Of a stretch of 64,000 nt of DNA, positions 1-10,714 are shown in pieces. Position 1 is the first letter of the stretch. Every line of letters starts with the position of its first letter. Origin of the DNA: an uncultured Actinomycetota bacterium (lineage in GTDB: Bacteria; Actinomycetota; Actinomycetes; Propionibacteriales; Nocardioidaceae). The notes below the pieces were generated by a model. It was not told the origin of the DNA, did not search any database, and saw only the letters and a program-made list of their open reading frames with translations. The stretch lies in the NCBI GenBank assembly GCA_963759065.1, contig CAVWYA010000010.1, positions 321,231 to 385,230 of the forward strand, given 5' to 3'. Position numbers and translations under genes: made by a program.

Positions 1-291
1 CTCGGCCGTCGAGGTGTCGTGGATCCCGCGCCCGCTGCACAGCGTGACGCCCGGCGGCACGGCGGACCGGATGTTGTCGACGCCGGCGGTGAGGGTCTGG
101 ACGTAGCGCAGTGAGGTCATCCGCGGGATGACGTCGGCGACCTTCGGCTCCACGGCGTACGGCGGCACGTAGATCTCGACGTCGCCGACCGAGTCGGGCA
201 CTGAGACCGTCGGGTCGACCACCTCGTAGGTGAAGGTCGAGGGCGGGTCGCCGAGCTCAGCCGGGTCGAACGGGAGCCAGACCAGCGTCAC
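1..291 (-). CDS. D-isomer-specific 2-hydroxyacid dehydrogenase, N-terminal part (runs off the window)
   Basis: Manual translation MTLVWLPFDP...VQTLTAGVDNI...CSGRGIHDTSTAE; GTG start overlaps the dgt stop (GTGA). Confidence 0.8.
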   Translation of the reverse strand, partial: MTLVWLPFDPAELGDPPSTFTYEVVDPTVSVPDSVGDVEIYVPPYAVEPKVADVIPRMTSLRYVQTLTAGVDNIRSAVPPGVTLCSGRGIHDTSTAE

Positions 292-1562
292 GATCGCCAC
301 CCGCTCTGGACGCCGATGCCCTGTCGCACGACGCGCTCGTGCCATGTCACCGCGCTGGCGTCGGTGAGGGAGGCGACCTGGTCGATCACGACCCGGAGCC
401 GGGCAGCGTCGTCCGGTCCGGCGTGCCAGTCGTCCGCGAACGCCCGCTCTAGCGAGGCTGGCGCGTAGGCCACCAGTGCCTCGACCAGCTCGGAGACCAG
501 CTCGCGCTGGCGGGTCATCAGTGCGACCCGGTCGTCGGCCTGCATCACGTAGAGCGCGGCGATCCCCTTGAGCACCGCCATCTCGACGCGGGTCTGCTCG
601 GGGACGACTACGTCGGCTCGATAGCGGACGAAAGGTCCCGCGCCGGCGGCGAACGTGGCCTCCTGCGCGGCGCCGCAGAAGCGGCCGATGAGGTCGCTGG
701 TGAGGTTCTTGAGCGCGGCGAGGCTGCGCCTCGACCCGTCGTACGGCGCGTCCGGCCAGCTGCCGACCTCGGTGAGGGCGGACAGCGCCGCATCCATCTC
801 GTCGTCGTCCGCCTCGGGGAGGTACCACGCGCGCACGGCGTCCCAGACCGCCGGCCGGTCGAGCTTCGCCAGGTCGACCCGCTCCGCCACCACACCGTCC
901 TCGACGTCGTGGACGGAGTAGGCGACGTCGTCCGCCAGATCCATGATCTGCGCCTCGACGCACCGCCGAGGTGCCTGGCCGGTCGACGGGGGTGTTCCGG
1001 TGCGGAGCCACGTGAAGACCGGCAGGTCGTCGGCGTACACGCCGAACTTGCGGGTCTCCGGCGACCGGGGCCAGGGGTACTTGGTGCAGGCGTCCAGCGT
1101 CGCCCGGGTGAGGTTCAACCCCGCAGACGCGCCGAAGGTGTCGACCGTCTTGGCCTCGAGCCGGGTCAGCAGCCGCAGCGTCTGCGCGTTGCCCTCGAAC
1201 CCGCCGCACGGCTCGGCCAGCTCGTGCAGGGCGTGCTCGCCGTTGTGGCCGAACGGCGGGTGGCCCAGGTCGTGAGCCAGCGCGGCGGTCTCGGCGATGT
1301 CGGGCTGCGACCCGAGCGCCCGCGACAGGTCCCGGGCGACCTGGGCGACCTCGAGGCTGTGGGTGAGCCGGTTGCGGACGAAGTCGTCCATCTGCGGCCC
1401 GTGGACCTGGGTCTTGGCGGCCAGCCGGCGCGAGGCGGCGGCGTGGACCACGCGGGCCCGGTCGCGCTCGTACGGCGTCCGCTCGGGCGCCTCAACGCGC
1501 TTGGGCGGCTCCGCCACGAGCCGCTCGCGGTCGTGGTCGTCGTACAGGTCGGTGCTGTCCAT
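288..1562 (-). CDS. dgt: Deoxyguanosinetriphosphate triphosphohydrolase (HD domain)
   Basis: RDRARVVH, KTQV, RNRLTHSLEV, LAHDLGHPPFGH, FEGNAQ, KYP, MDLADD motifs. Start could be 1562 or 1568. Confidence 0.95.
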   Translation of the reverse strand: MDSTDLYDDHDRERLVAEPPKRVEAPERTPYERDRARVVHAAASRRLAAKTQVHGPQMDDFVRNRLTHSLEVAQVARDLSRALGSQPDIAETAALAHDLGHPPFGHNGEHALHELAEPCGGFEGNAQTLRLLTRLEAKTVDTFGASAGLNLTRATLDACTKYPWPRSPETRKFGVYADDLPVFTWLRTGTPPSTGQAPRRCVEAQIMDLADDVAYSVHDVEDGVVAERVDLAKLDRPAVWDAVRAWYLPEADDDEMDAALSALTEVGSWPDAPYDGSRRSLAALKNLTSDLIGRFCGAAQEATFAAGAGPFVRYRADVVVPEQTRVEMAVLKGIAALYVMQADDRVALMTRQRELVSELVEALVAYAPASLERAFADDWHAGPDDAARLRVVIDQVASLTDASAVTWHERVVRQGIGVQSGWRS

Positions 1563-1587
1563 CAGCACCGGACTCTAGGTGAGCCCG

Positions 1588-2457
1588 TCAGTAGACGCTG
1601 ACGTGGACGTGGTCGTAGTGGTTGGCGGTGGCCGAACCACGAGAAGGCATCGAGCGCCAGCCCTCGGAGGCGCGGACCGGCGTCCAGATGCGCTGGCGCC
1701 AGATCACGTCGTAGAGGTGCAGCTCGGACGCGTGGGTGCGGAGGAACTCCGCGATGGCGGTCCCGAGCTCGACGTCGCTGACCATGATGTCGATCGCGCG
1801 CCCGCTGGAGTGCTCGCCGTGGTTGCTCCAGCCGCCGTACGACGTGATCTCCGGGAACGCGTTGCAGACCGAGCGGTAGACGAAGACGGCGTCGTCGGTC
1901 AGGCCGCTCTCGACGCCCCCGTCGGGGCAGGGGTCCATCGAGAGACCGGCGCCGACGCCCAGCGGCTTCTCGTCGGACAGGTAGCCGTCGGTGACCCACC
2001 GCGACTCGCCCTTGAGCACGATCTCGGTCCGGCCCCACATCTCGCGACCGGTGACCACGACCTTCTTGCCGGCCTCGATCTCACCCAGCTGCTTGGCCTT
2101 GTCGCCCGGCTGGTTCCAGATGTTGAGCTCGTCGGTGGTCCACTGCTGCTTCGTCGCGACCTTGATCGCCGCGGTGATCGCGGCCTTGGACATGAAGGCC
2201 GGAGGCGGCAGGTCGCGCGACGCGGTGGCCTTGACGCGGTTCTCGGACCGCGTGATCGGCTCCTCGGAGCGCTCCGCCGAAGCGGGCGCCGCCACGGAGG
2301 TGGTGAGCGGGGCCAGGTCGGAGACGGCGGGCTCCGCGCCCAGCACGCCGATGGTCACGGCGGATGCGGTCGCCAAGACGGCCAACGGCCCGATGATGGC
2401 CTGGGCCTTGATTCTGACGCGGGCTTCGGTGTCCCGCTTGTGGCGATGATCTGCCAC
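1588..2457 (-). CDS. Secreted SH3-like + peptidase M15 (LAS)-type putative cell-wall hydrolase
   Basis: N-terminal hydrophobic segment; SH3b-like region (LNIW...W...YL); C-terminal H-x6-D (HSSGRAID) and HxH (HVH) zinc-ligand pattern. Confidence 0.7.
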   Translation of the reverse strand: MADHRHKRDTEARVRIKAQAIIGPLAVLATASAVTIGVLGAEPAVSDLAPLTTSVAAPASAERSEEPITRSENRVKATASRDLPPPAFMSKAAITAAIKVATKQQWTTDELNIWNQPGDKAKQLGEIEAGKKVVVTGREMWGRTEIVLKGESRWVTDGYLSDEKPLGVGAGLSMDPCPDGGVESGLTDDAVFVYRSVCNAFPEITSYGGWSNHGEHSSGRAIDIMVSDVELGTAIAEFLRTHASELHLYDVIWRQRIWTPVRASEGWRSMPSRGSATANHYDHVHVSVY

Positions 2458-2660
2458 AGCGCTGATCCTCTGCAGGTAGGAGACAAGTCAACGCGCCGAC
2501 CGGTTTGGTGGCTCCGGGCCGACGCGATTAACCAATCAACCACATCGGCAGGGGGGCAGCCAATCCCTGACACCCAGGTCGGAGTGGCCCCGATCACGCC
2601 CGAAACGGCCCATGAGCGTGAATCGACGATGTCGAGTGAGTCGATCGTGTAACGGGGATC

Positions 2661-3788
2661 TCACCCGCCGGTGGTCTCGTTCGTGTCCTCGGTGAGCCCG
2701 CAGCCGGTGCCGTCGGTGTCCTCCAGCCAACGCTCTGGCAAGGCGACCTTGTCGCGCGGGGAGCCCTGGCGTCCCCGCGGCGCACCCAGCTCGGACACGG
2801 GGAACGGCTCCGCCCAGTCCAGTCGCCCCAGCAGCTCGTCGAGCCCGGCCAGGGAGGTCACCATCGCCAGCGAGCGGCGCAGGTCGCCGCCGGCCGCAAA
2901 GCCCTTGAGGTACCAGGAGACGTGCTTGCGGAACTCGATGCAGCCCCGCTCCTCCCCCAGGTGGTGGGCGAGCAGCTCGGTGTGGCGGCGCATCATCGCG
3001 GCCACCTCGCCGAGCGTGGGCAGGGTCTTCACCTCGGAGCCTTCGAACGCCGCCGCCAGGTCGCGGAACAGCCACGGCCGGCCCAGGCAGCCGCGGCCGA
3101 CGACCACGCCGGCGGCTCCCGTCTCCTCGACCATCCTGAGCGCGTCCCCGGCCTCCCAGATGTCGCCGTTGCCGAGGACAGGGATGTCGACGTGCTCGAC
3201 CAGGGCGCCGATCGCGTCCCAGTCCGCGGTGCCGGCGTAGGCCTGCGCCACCGTCCGTGCGTGCAGGGCGATCGCCGCGCAGCCCGACTCCTGGGCGATC
3301 CGGCCCGCATCGAGGTACGTCAGGTGGTCGTCGTCGATGCCCTTGCGGGTCTTCATAGTCACCGGCACGTCGTACGGCGACGCGGCGGCGACGGCGTGCT
3401 CCAGGATCTCGCCGAGCAGCTTGCGCTTCCACGGGAGCGCGCCCCCGCCACCCTTGCGCGTCACCTTGGGCACCGGGCAGCCGAAGTTGAGGTCGACGTG
3501 CGCGACGCCGTACTCCGCGCACAGGATCTCGGTCGCCTTGCCGACGTAGACCGGGTCGGTGCCGTAGAGCTGCACCGAGCGCACCGTCTCGAGCTCGTCG
3601 AAGACGAGCATGTCGAGGGTGTGCTTGTCCCGCTCGACGATCCCCCGGCTGGTGATCATCTCGCAGACGTAGAGCCCGGCTCCCTGCTCGGCGCACAGCC
3701 GGCGGTACGCCGCGTTGGTGATCCCCGCCATCGGCGCGAGCACCACGGGCGTCGCCACCTGCAGTGGGCCGAGGGTGAGCGCGGTCAT
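2661..3788 (-). CDS. dusB: tRNA dihydrouridine synthase DusB
   Basis: LAPMAGIT, DLNFGCPVPKV, LHART, GNGDI, GRGCLGRPWLF. Confidence 0.95.
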   Translation of the reverse strand: MTALTLGPLQVATPVVLAPMAGITNAAYRRLCAEQGAGLYVCEMITSRGIVERDKHTLDMLVFDELETVRSVQLYGTDPVYVGKATEILCAEYGVAHVDLNFGCPVPKVTRKGGGGALPWKRKLLGEILEHAVAAASPYDVPVTMKTRKGIDDDHLTYLDAGRIAQESGCAAIALHARTVAQAYAGTADWDAIGALVEHVDIPVLGNGDIWEAGDALRMVEETGAAGVVVGRGCLGRPWLFRDLAAAFEGSEVKTLPTLGEVAAMMRRHTELLAHHLGEERGCIEFRKHVSWYLKGFAAGGDLRRSLAMVTSLAGLDELLGRLDWAEPFPVSELGAPRGRQGSPRDKVALPERWLEDTDGTGCGLTEDTNETTGG

Positions 3789-3809
3789 GCCCCCATTGTC
3801 GCGAGTGGC

Positions 3810-4703
3810 TCAGTAATCGCCGAAATACTGCGGCTGGAAGGGCAGGCTGAGCGGGTCGCCGGACAGGTTGCTGACGCGGTCGCAGTCGCCGCCCACGGTG
3901 CAGCGGAGCAGGGCCCAGCCCTTCCGCGTCCGCAGCACCGACACCACGCGGCCGTCGCGCTCCCAGACCAGCGGCCGGTCGAAGGCCAGGTGGCGCTTCC
4001 AGTCCGAGACGAGCGAGCCGTCCGACATGAGGCGGACCTGCACGTGGTTCTCGTTGCTGCCGAGGCCGACGACGTACTTGCCGTCGGGAGAGACGGTCCG
4101 CGGGTAGAAGTCGCCGGCCGGGAGCGACCAGGCCTGGGCTCCGGGCGCCGACAGCGAGACCGGCCCGTAGGTGCCCGGCCGCGCGTCGAACGTGAACAAC
4201 GTGTCGTGCGGGACGTCCACGGCCAGTCCGCCCGCGCGGACCAGGACCACGGGTGCCGACCCCGGCCGCCAGGCGATCGTGCTCCGACTCCCCGTGAGGT
4301 GGACCGTCTCGCCGTCGTACCCCAGGAGCGTGAGCCACCCCGGGCGGCGCAGGTGCTGGAGATCTCGCCCGCGCAGGTCGAAGGTCCACACGTCGGTACG
4401 CACGGTCGTGGGCGCGTCCACCTCGACCACGTGCGCCCCATCTGATGCCAGGAGGAACGTCGTCCCGTCCTGCGGGTCGAGGACGCTGCGGACCGTGGTC
4501 AGGCGGTGTCCGCGCAGGAGGAGGACGACCTTGCGGTCACCGCGCTCGTCGGCGAGCACCCAGCCGCCGCCCGCGGCCGGCCCCAGCAGCCGCACGGTCG
4601 CGGCGTGGCTCTCCGGCAGTGGCACATGCACCGTCGGCCCGGTCGCCGGGTGCACCGTGAGCCCACCGAGCCAGGGCAGCAGCAGCGCCAGCAGCATCCT
4701 CAT
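3810..4703 (-). CDS. Hypothetical secreted protein (possibly beta-propeller-like)
   Basis: Signal-like N-terminus, SPDG repeat-like motif, protein-like composition; no family recognised. Confidence 0.6.
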   Translation of the reverse strand: MRMLLALLLPWLGGLTVHPATGPTVHVPLPESHAATVRLLGPAAGGGWVLADERGDRKVVLLLRGHRLTTVRSVLDPQDGTTFLLASDGAHVVEVDAPTTVRTDVWTFDLRGRDLQHLRRPGWLTLLGYDGETVHLTGSRSTIAWRPGSAPVVLVRAGGLAVDVPHDTLFTFDARPGTYGPVSLSAPGAQAWSLPAGDFYPRTVSPDGKYVVGLGSNENHVQVRLMSDGSLVSDWKRHLAFDRPLVWERDGRVVSVLRTRKGWALLRCTVGGDCDRVSNLSGDPLSLPFQPQYFGDY

Positions 4704-4742
4704 GCCTGGTCCGATGCCCGGCCGAGGCCGGAAGTTCGCGGA

Positions 4743-5518
4743 TCAGCTGGGCGGCGCGGTCGGCTCGCCGCCCTGGTCGCCCTGGTCGCCCTGGTCGCCC
4801 TGGCCACCCTTGCCCGGCTTGTCGGGCTTCGGTGGCTTCGGCTTCTCGAGGGGGCCGGTCCAGGTGATCGGGTCGAACTCCTGGGTGGGCCGGAAGCTGA
4901 CGGCGGTAAGGTCGCCCTTCTTGGGCGCGAGGAAGACCATGCAGACCTTCATCTTCCGGCCCGGCTTGAACTTCTTCGGGAACGAGCCGGGCTCGCACGG
5001 TGTGAAGGCGCTGGCGAACGTCGTGGCCTCGACCAGGGTGTTGTTGCCGTCGACGATGTAGAGCGGGACCAACTTGTTGCCGAGGTCGGTGTCACCGCGG
5101 TTGGTGACCGTGGCACGGACGAAGTAGGGGTTGGACTTCGTCTGGCTCTGGTCGAGGTCCCAGCCGACGAACGACTTCTTGAACGACGTCTGCTCGAGCC
5201 GGCTGACCCTGATGTCGAGCACGCCCACCACGCCCTGGCGCAGCTCGTAGGCGACCGTCGCGGTGTCACCCACCTCGAACTGGCTGCCCTGCGGGCTCAG
5301 CTCGACCCCCTCGGGGACCGGCAGCGTGGGCCCCGCTGACTCGCTCTCCGACGCCGACTCCGCCCCGGACGCACCCGGGGACTCGGACTCGCCCACGCCC
5401 GGACCCTTGTCGTCGTCCGAGCAGCCCGCCATCAGGCCCGCCGACGCGAGCAGCACCACGGCAGCGAGCGATGACCCGAACCTCCTCGACACCCGGCCAT
5501 TGTGCAGGGCGAGGGGCA

Positions 5519-5525
<7 letters not shown>
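4743..5525 (-). CDS. Hypothetical lipoprotein
   Basis: Lipobox LMAG-C, acidic linker, beta-rich domain, C-terminal (GDQ)3 encoded by a 9-bp tandem repeat. Exact start uncertain. Confidence 0.7.
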
Positions 5526-6916
<1,391 letters not shown>

Positions 6917-6970
6917 TGGGGGACTCCCTGCTGGGTCACGGCCGGCTGGCTGCCGGTCTGGCTGAAGAGA

Positions 6971-7291
6971 TCAGCCTAACGAGCGGGTCGACTCGATATT
7001 CAGGACGGTCCCCGGCTCGACGACCTCGTAGGCGCTCGGCTCGTCGACCGCGCGGCTGAGCAGTGGCACCGCCTGCAGCTTCACGTCGTACGCCGACAGC
7101 GCGCGCCGGTAGGCGCCGACGTTGTCCCACCGCGTCGTGAGCACCCACAGAGTGGGGTCGTCGAGGTTGCGCCCGATCCGGCCGTCGACGTACCCGGGGC
7201 GTTGCGCGAGTACGTCGTGCGCCGCGGTCAGCTCGGACCGGAAAGCCTCGCCGTCGTCGAGCGGGACGCGGAACCGGTTGACGACGAGCAC
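6971..7291 (-). CDS. Antibiotic biosynthesis monooxygenase (ABM) family protein
   Basis: 106-aa dimeric alpha/beta barrel pattern; leaderless -10 TAGAGT 6 nt upstream of the GTG. Confidence 0.8.
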   Translation of the reverse strand: MLVVNRFRVPLDDGEAFRSELTAAHDVLAQRPGYVDGRIGRNLDDPTLWVLTTRWDNVGAYRRALSAYDVKLQAVPLLSRAVDEPSAYEVVEPGTVLNIESTRSLG

Positions 7292-7308
7292 GTGTGAACT
7301 CTAGGTCG

Positions 7309-8721
7309 TCAGTCAGGTCCAGAGTTCTCGGCCGAGCCCAGGAGGGCTCGCGTCAGCGCTGCTGAGTCAGATTGCAGTTCGGCTGTGGCGGTCGCCAGGT
7401 CGTCGTCGCCGCACTCGCGTCCGTCCATGGCGGCGTGCAGCACCGCCCGACGGACGAGCTCCTTGGCGTAGGACGCTGTGGTTCCTGCCGAGTCCCGCGC
7501 GGCCAGGGCCACAGCGTCCGCTGAGAAGGCCACCCTCGCGCCGTACAGATCGATGAGGGCGCGCCGGGCGGGCTCGTCCGGCAGGGGAATCTCGACGGCG
7601 AGGTCGACGCGCCCGGGTCGCTGTGCAAGCGCCTTCTCCAGAGCCTCCGCGCGGTTGGTGGTGAGGAGGAAGACGACATCGGCGTCCTGGTCGAGCCCGT
7701 CCATGGCGTCGAGGAGCGTGAAGAGCAGAGGCGACGTACCTCCACCGAAGTGGTGATCGCGGTCCTCCGCGATCAGATCGCAGTCCTCGATCACGACGAT
7801 GGCCGGCTGATGGGCCCGGGCGATCTGCGCGGCCGCGGCCACGTGCGCCATCTGCGTGCCGCTCAACAGCACCACGGTCGCCTCCCTCGCAGCACTGAGG
7901 AGGTGACGCACCGTGTGCGTCTTGCCCGTGCCCGGCGGCCCGTACAGCAGGATGCCGCGCTTGAGGTGCTGACCTTGCCCGCGCAGGCGCTCGCGGTGCT
8001 CGGCCAGCCCGACCACGTGGGCGCTCACCTGATCCAGCGTGCCCTCGGGAAGCACGACCTGGCCGGCGGGTACGTCGGGGCGGTGGTGGAAGGTCAGGTC
8101 GGACATGGATCGCTCGTAGGGATTCCCACTGAAGCTGACCACCTGGCGCCTCAGCACGCTCTGCCGCATCGACTCCTCGCGCATATCTGCGAGGAACGTG
8201 GCGGGCGCGTCCGGATCGGCGGCCAGCACCTCGAGACGCGACTCCGAGCCGTACTGAGGGTTGCCGACCCGCTGGAGCACGGCGAGCGGGACGCCGTTGT
8301 GTCGGAACAGGTGCAGACCGAACGCGACCGTGGCCCTCTCGGAGTCCGGTCCGGTCGCCACGTTGAGGCGGTCGACCTGCCCACTTCGGAAACGGCCCCA
8401 CTCGGCGTTGGCCATCAGATCGCCCAAGGAGCTGTGGTGCCGCTGATCGCCACCTCCGACGCCCACCAAGGTGGCCTCCGGGTCGCGAGCGGTGAGTGAC
8501 GCCAGCGCGATGTCGGTGTCGGCCCAGCGGTGGGCCGAGATCGTCTCCACCACGACCGGCAGCTCGTCGGCTGCGACTTCCAGGTGGGCGTCCAGGACCG
8601 GCAAGAGGTCGTTCCCGCGCTTGACGACCGGCTCCTCCTGGACCAGCTGCTTGACCAACCGCGTCAGCGCTGCGCGCAGCTCGTCGTCCTGCTCGTCGTC
8701 CTGCTCGTCCGGGCTCGGCAC
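7309..8721 (-). CDS. AAA+ family ATPase with uncharacterised N-terminal domain
   Basis: Walker A GPPGTGKT, Walker B VVIEDCD, sensor TTN, arginine finger RPGR. Start inferred. Confidence 0.9.
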   Translation of the reverse strand: MPSPDEQDDEQDDELRAALTRLVKQLVQEEPVVKRGNDLLPVLDAHLEVAADELPVVVETISAHRWADTDIALASLTARDPEATLVGVGGGDQRHHSSLGDLMANAEWGRFRSGQVDRLNVATGPDSERATVAFGLHLFRHNGVPLAVLQRVGNPQYGSESRLEVLAADPDAPATFLADMREESMRQSVLRRQVVSFSGNPYERSMSDLTFHHRPDVPAGQVVLPEGTLDQVSAHVVGLAEHRERLRGQGQHLKRGILLYGPPGTGKTHTVRHLLSAAREATVVLLSGTQMAHVAAAAQIARAHQPAIVVIEDCDLIAEDRDHHFGGGTSPLLFTLLDAMDGLDQDADVVFLLTTNRAEALEKALAQRPGRVDLAVEIPLPDEPARRALIDLYGARVAFSADAVALAARDSAGTTASYAKELVRRAVLHAAMDGRECGDDDLATATAELQSDSAALTRALLGSAENSGPD

Positions 8722-8806
8722 GACGGCGAATCTAGTTGCATCGAGCGGGAGCCGCACCACGCAATGGGCGCGCGGAGGCGCGCTCGGCGGCGCTAGCCTC
8801 ACGCGC

Positions 8807-9487
8807 GTGGAGAGCTTCGAGGACGCGGGCGTTCTTGGTCAGGTCGGCGCCGGTGGGACGGGATACGTGGAGCACCTTCGTCGGCCCGACCTCAGCCTGG
8901 GCACCTACTCGTTGCGCACCGGCGCCGAGGACCTCCAGGAGCCGCACACCGAGGACGAGGTCTACGTCGTGACGGCCGGTCGCGCGAAGTTCACAAGCTC
9001 CGGCGAGACGATCGACGTCGTGGCCGGCTCCGTGTTCTTCGTGGCCGCACACGAGGTGCATCGGTTCCACGACATCACCGACGACTTGTCCGTCCTCGTG
9101 TTCTTCGGCCCGGCGGAGGGTGCCCGGCAGGCGGTCTCTGACTCGGCCGAGGGTGAGGGTGAGGCGAAGGTCGTCACGCTCTGCGGCTCAACCAGGTTCG
9201 AGGCGGAGTTCGCGGAGGTCAACCGGCGGCTCACGCTGGAAGGCTGCGTCGTGATCGGCCTCGGGATGTTCAGCCTCCCAGCCGACAACTCGGATCTGGA
9301 GGGGCGGCTCGGCGGCGTGCACCTCCAGAAGATCCGCATGGCCGACGAGGTGTACATCGTGGATCCGGGCGGCTACGTGGGTGAGTCGACCCGACGGGAG
9401 ATCGCCTACGCGGAGTCGCTCGGCAAGCCGGTCCGGTATCTGAGTCGCGAGCGCTCCGCTCCGACCGGAGACGCCAACCAGGAGTGA
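8807..9487 (+). CDS. Cupin domain fused to a DUF4406/nucleoside-deoxyribosyltransferase-like domain
   Basis: Cupin PHTEDEVY...HRFHD, then VVTLCGSTRF...KIRMADEVY...GYVGEST..EIAYAESLGKPV; -10 TAGCCT 7 nt upstream of the GTG. Confidence 0.75.
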   Translation: MESFEDAGVLGQVGAGGTGYVEHLRRPDLSLGTYSLRTGAEDLQEPHTEDEVYVVTAGRAKFTSSGETIDVVAGSVFFVAAHEVHRFHDITDDLSVLVFFGPAEGARQAVSDSAEGEGEAKVVTLCGSTRFEAEFAEVNRRLTLEGCVVIGLGMFSLPADNSDLEGRLGGVHLQKIRMADEVYIVDPGGYVGESTRREIAYAESLGKPVRYLSRERSAPTGDANQE

Positions 9488-9625
9488 GTCCTCGGTCGTC
9501 CTCGGCCAGGCGCGCGATGCTCCGCGGCAAGGGCTCGCTCCGTCGCGAGTGCAACCGAACTCGCGCCGAGGCACGAAGCAGGCATGACGCGTCGGGACCG
9601 CCCGGCCCAGTTCTGGAGGGGAACC

Positions 9626-10198
9626 GTGAACAGACTGCTTCGCAAGGGAATCGTTGTGGCGACACTGGTGGCGAGCTCGCTCGGCCTGGTCGCCACCACC
9701 GCGGGGGAAGCCACCGCGGCACCAGCCGATCGCCGTGGCTCGGTCGGCTACACCCAAGTCGTCGTCGCGCCTGACGTCTACGCGCTCATCGGGTCGGCCG
9801 GCATCACTCCGGCCCCGGTGGAGGGCGCCAAGGCCTTCCCCTACCAGGGCACGTTGGCCGCCCGGTTCCCGATCACGGGGTTCCGGCTGGCGGGGCTTCA
9901 GATTCGTCACTCGGGCGGGATCAGCCTCAGCTTGGGCTCCGCGACCATCGTGCTCAAGAACTTCAACATCGATCTCGCTCGGCACCGTGTCAGCGGTGAG
10001 GTGTCGGGCACCGTCGGCAACGTCGGTCGGGTCGACCTCTTCAAGATCCGACAGTCCGATCGCTTCGACCTCGGGCTGGTCAGACTGACGCTGACGGGCA
10101 CCGCCGCAGGTGCGCTGAACGCCACGTTCGGTGTCTCCGCCTTCGGTGAGGACGCGACCTTCGGCTACGCAAGCCCGAGGCCCTTCGCGCCGTTCTGA
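9626..10198 (+). CDS. Hypothetical secreted beta-rich protein
   Basis: Signal peptide ending ATA-A, FPITG..HSGG motif, SD-like GGAGGGG upstream. Confidence 0.75.
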   Translation: MNRLLRKGIVVATLVASSLGLVATTAGEATAAPADRRGSVGYTQVVVAPDVYALIGSAGITPAPVEGAKAFPYQGTLAARFPITGFRLAGLQIRHSGGISLSLGSATIVLKNFNIDLARHRVSGEVSGTVGNVGRVDLFKIRQSDRFDLGLVRLTLTGTAAGALNATFGVSAFGEDATFGYASPRPFAPF

Positions 10199-10271
10199 TC
10201 CCGATGCTCTCCGGGACGTGGCCGCCGCCCAGCGGCCACGTCTTGTCGGTCGTCCGTGCTCTGATCACCGC

Positions 10272-10676
10272 ATGCATGAGGTCGCTGTCGGCGCGCTGGT
10301 TCGAGACAATCGAGTCCTTCTGGGGCATCGGAGTCCGACCAAGCTTGCTTACCCGAGCGTGTGGGATCTGCCCGGAGGAATCGTCGAGGCCGGCGAGTCC
10401 GAGCTGGACGCGCTCACGCGCGAACTGCACGAGGAGCTCGGCATCCAAATCGCGCCGGGCTCGGCGTCCCATCTGTATCGGTTGACCGTGAGACCCGCAG
10501 AGGAGCCGGTACTCCTCAGCGCATGGCTTGTGCATGACTGGCAGGGAACGCCGGCGAACATTGCTCCCGAGGAGCACGACGACCTCCGATGGTTCGGCCT
10601 CGAGGAGTTGCCCGCCCTCGCCCATCCACTCGTGGGCGCCGCTCTGCTGAGTGCGATGCAGAGCCACCCCGGCTGA
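10272..10676 (+). CDS. NUDIX hydrolase (MutT-like)
   Basis: Nudix box GGIVEAGESELDALTRELHEELG. Confidence 0.9.
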   Translation: MHEVAVGALVRDNRVLLGHRSPTKLAYPSVWDLPGGIVEAGESELDALTRELHEELGIQIAPGSASHLYRLTVRPAEEPVLLSAWLVHDWQGTPANIAPEEHDDLRWFGLEELPALAHPLVGAALLSAMQSHPG

Positions 10677-10714
10677 CCCTCGGCAGCCTGTCATCGCGAT
10701 CGTCGGATCCCCCG

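Noticed and set aside
2458-2660. Possible c-di-AMP (ydaO) riboswitch before the cell-wall hydrolase
   Set aside because: Conserved elements (GCUGAAUC, GGGGAAC, GUCAGCUAAC) are not present.
4771-4797. 9-bp tandem repeat (GDQ)3, and a 12-bp EQDD repeat near 8680-8705
   Set aside because: In-frame low-complexity linker expansions with no evidence of phase variation.
6917-6970. T-box or glycine riboswitch upstream of glyQS
   Set aside because: The region is only about 54 bp and lacks the T-box consensus.
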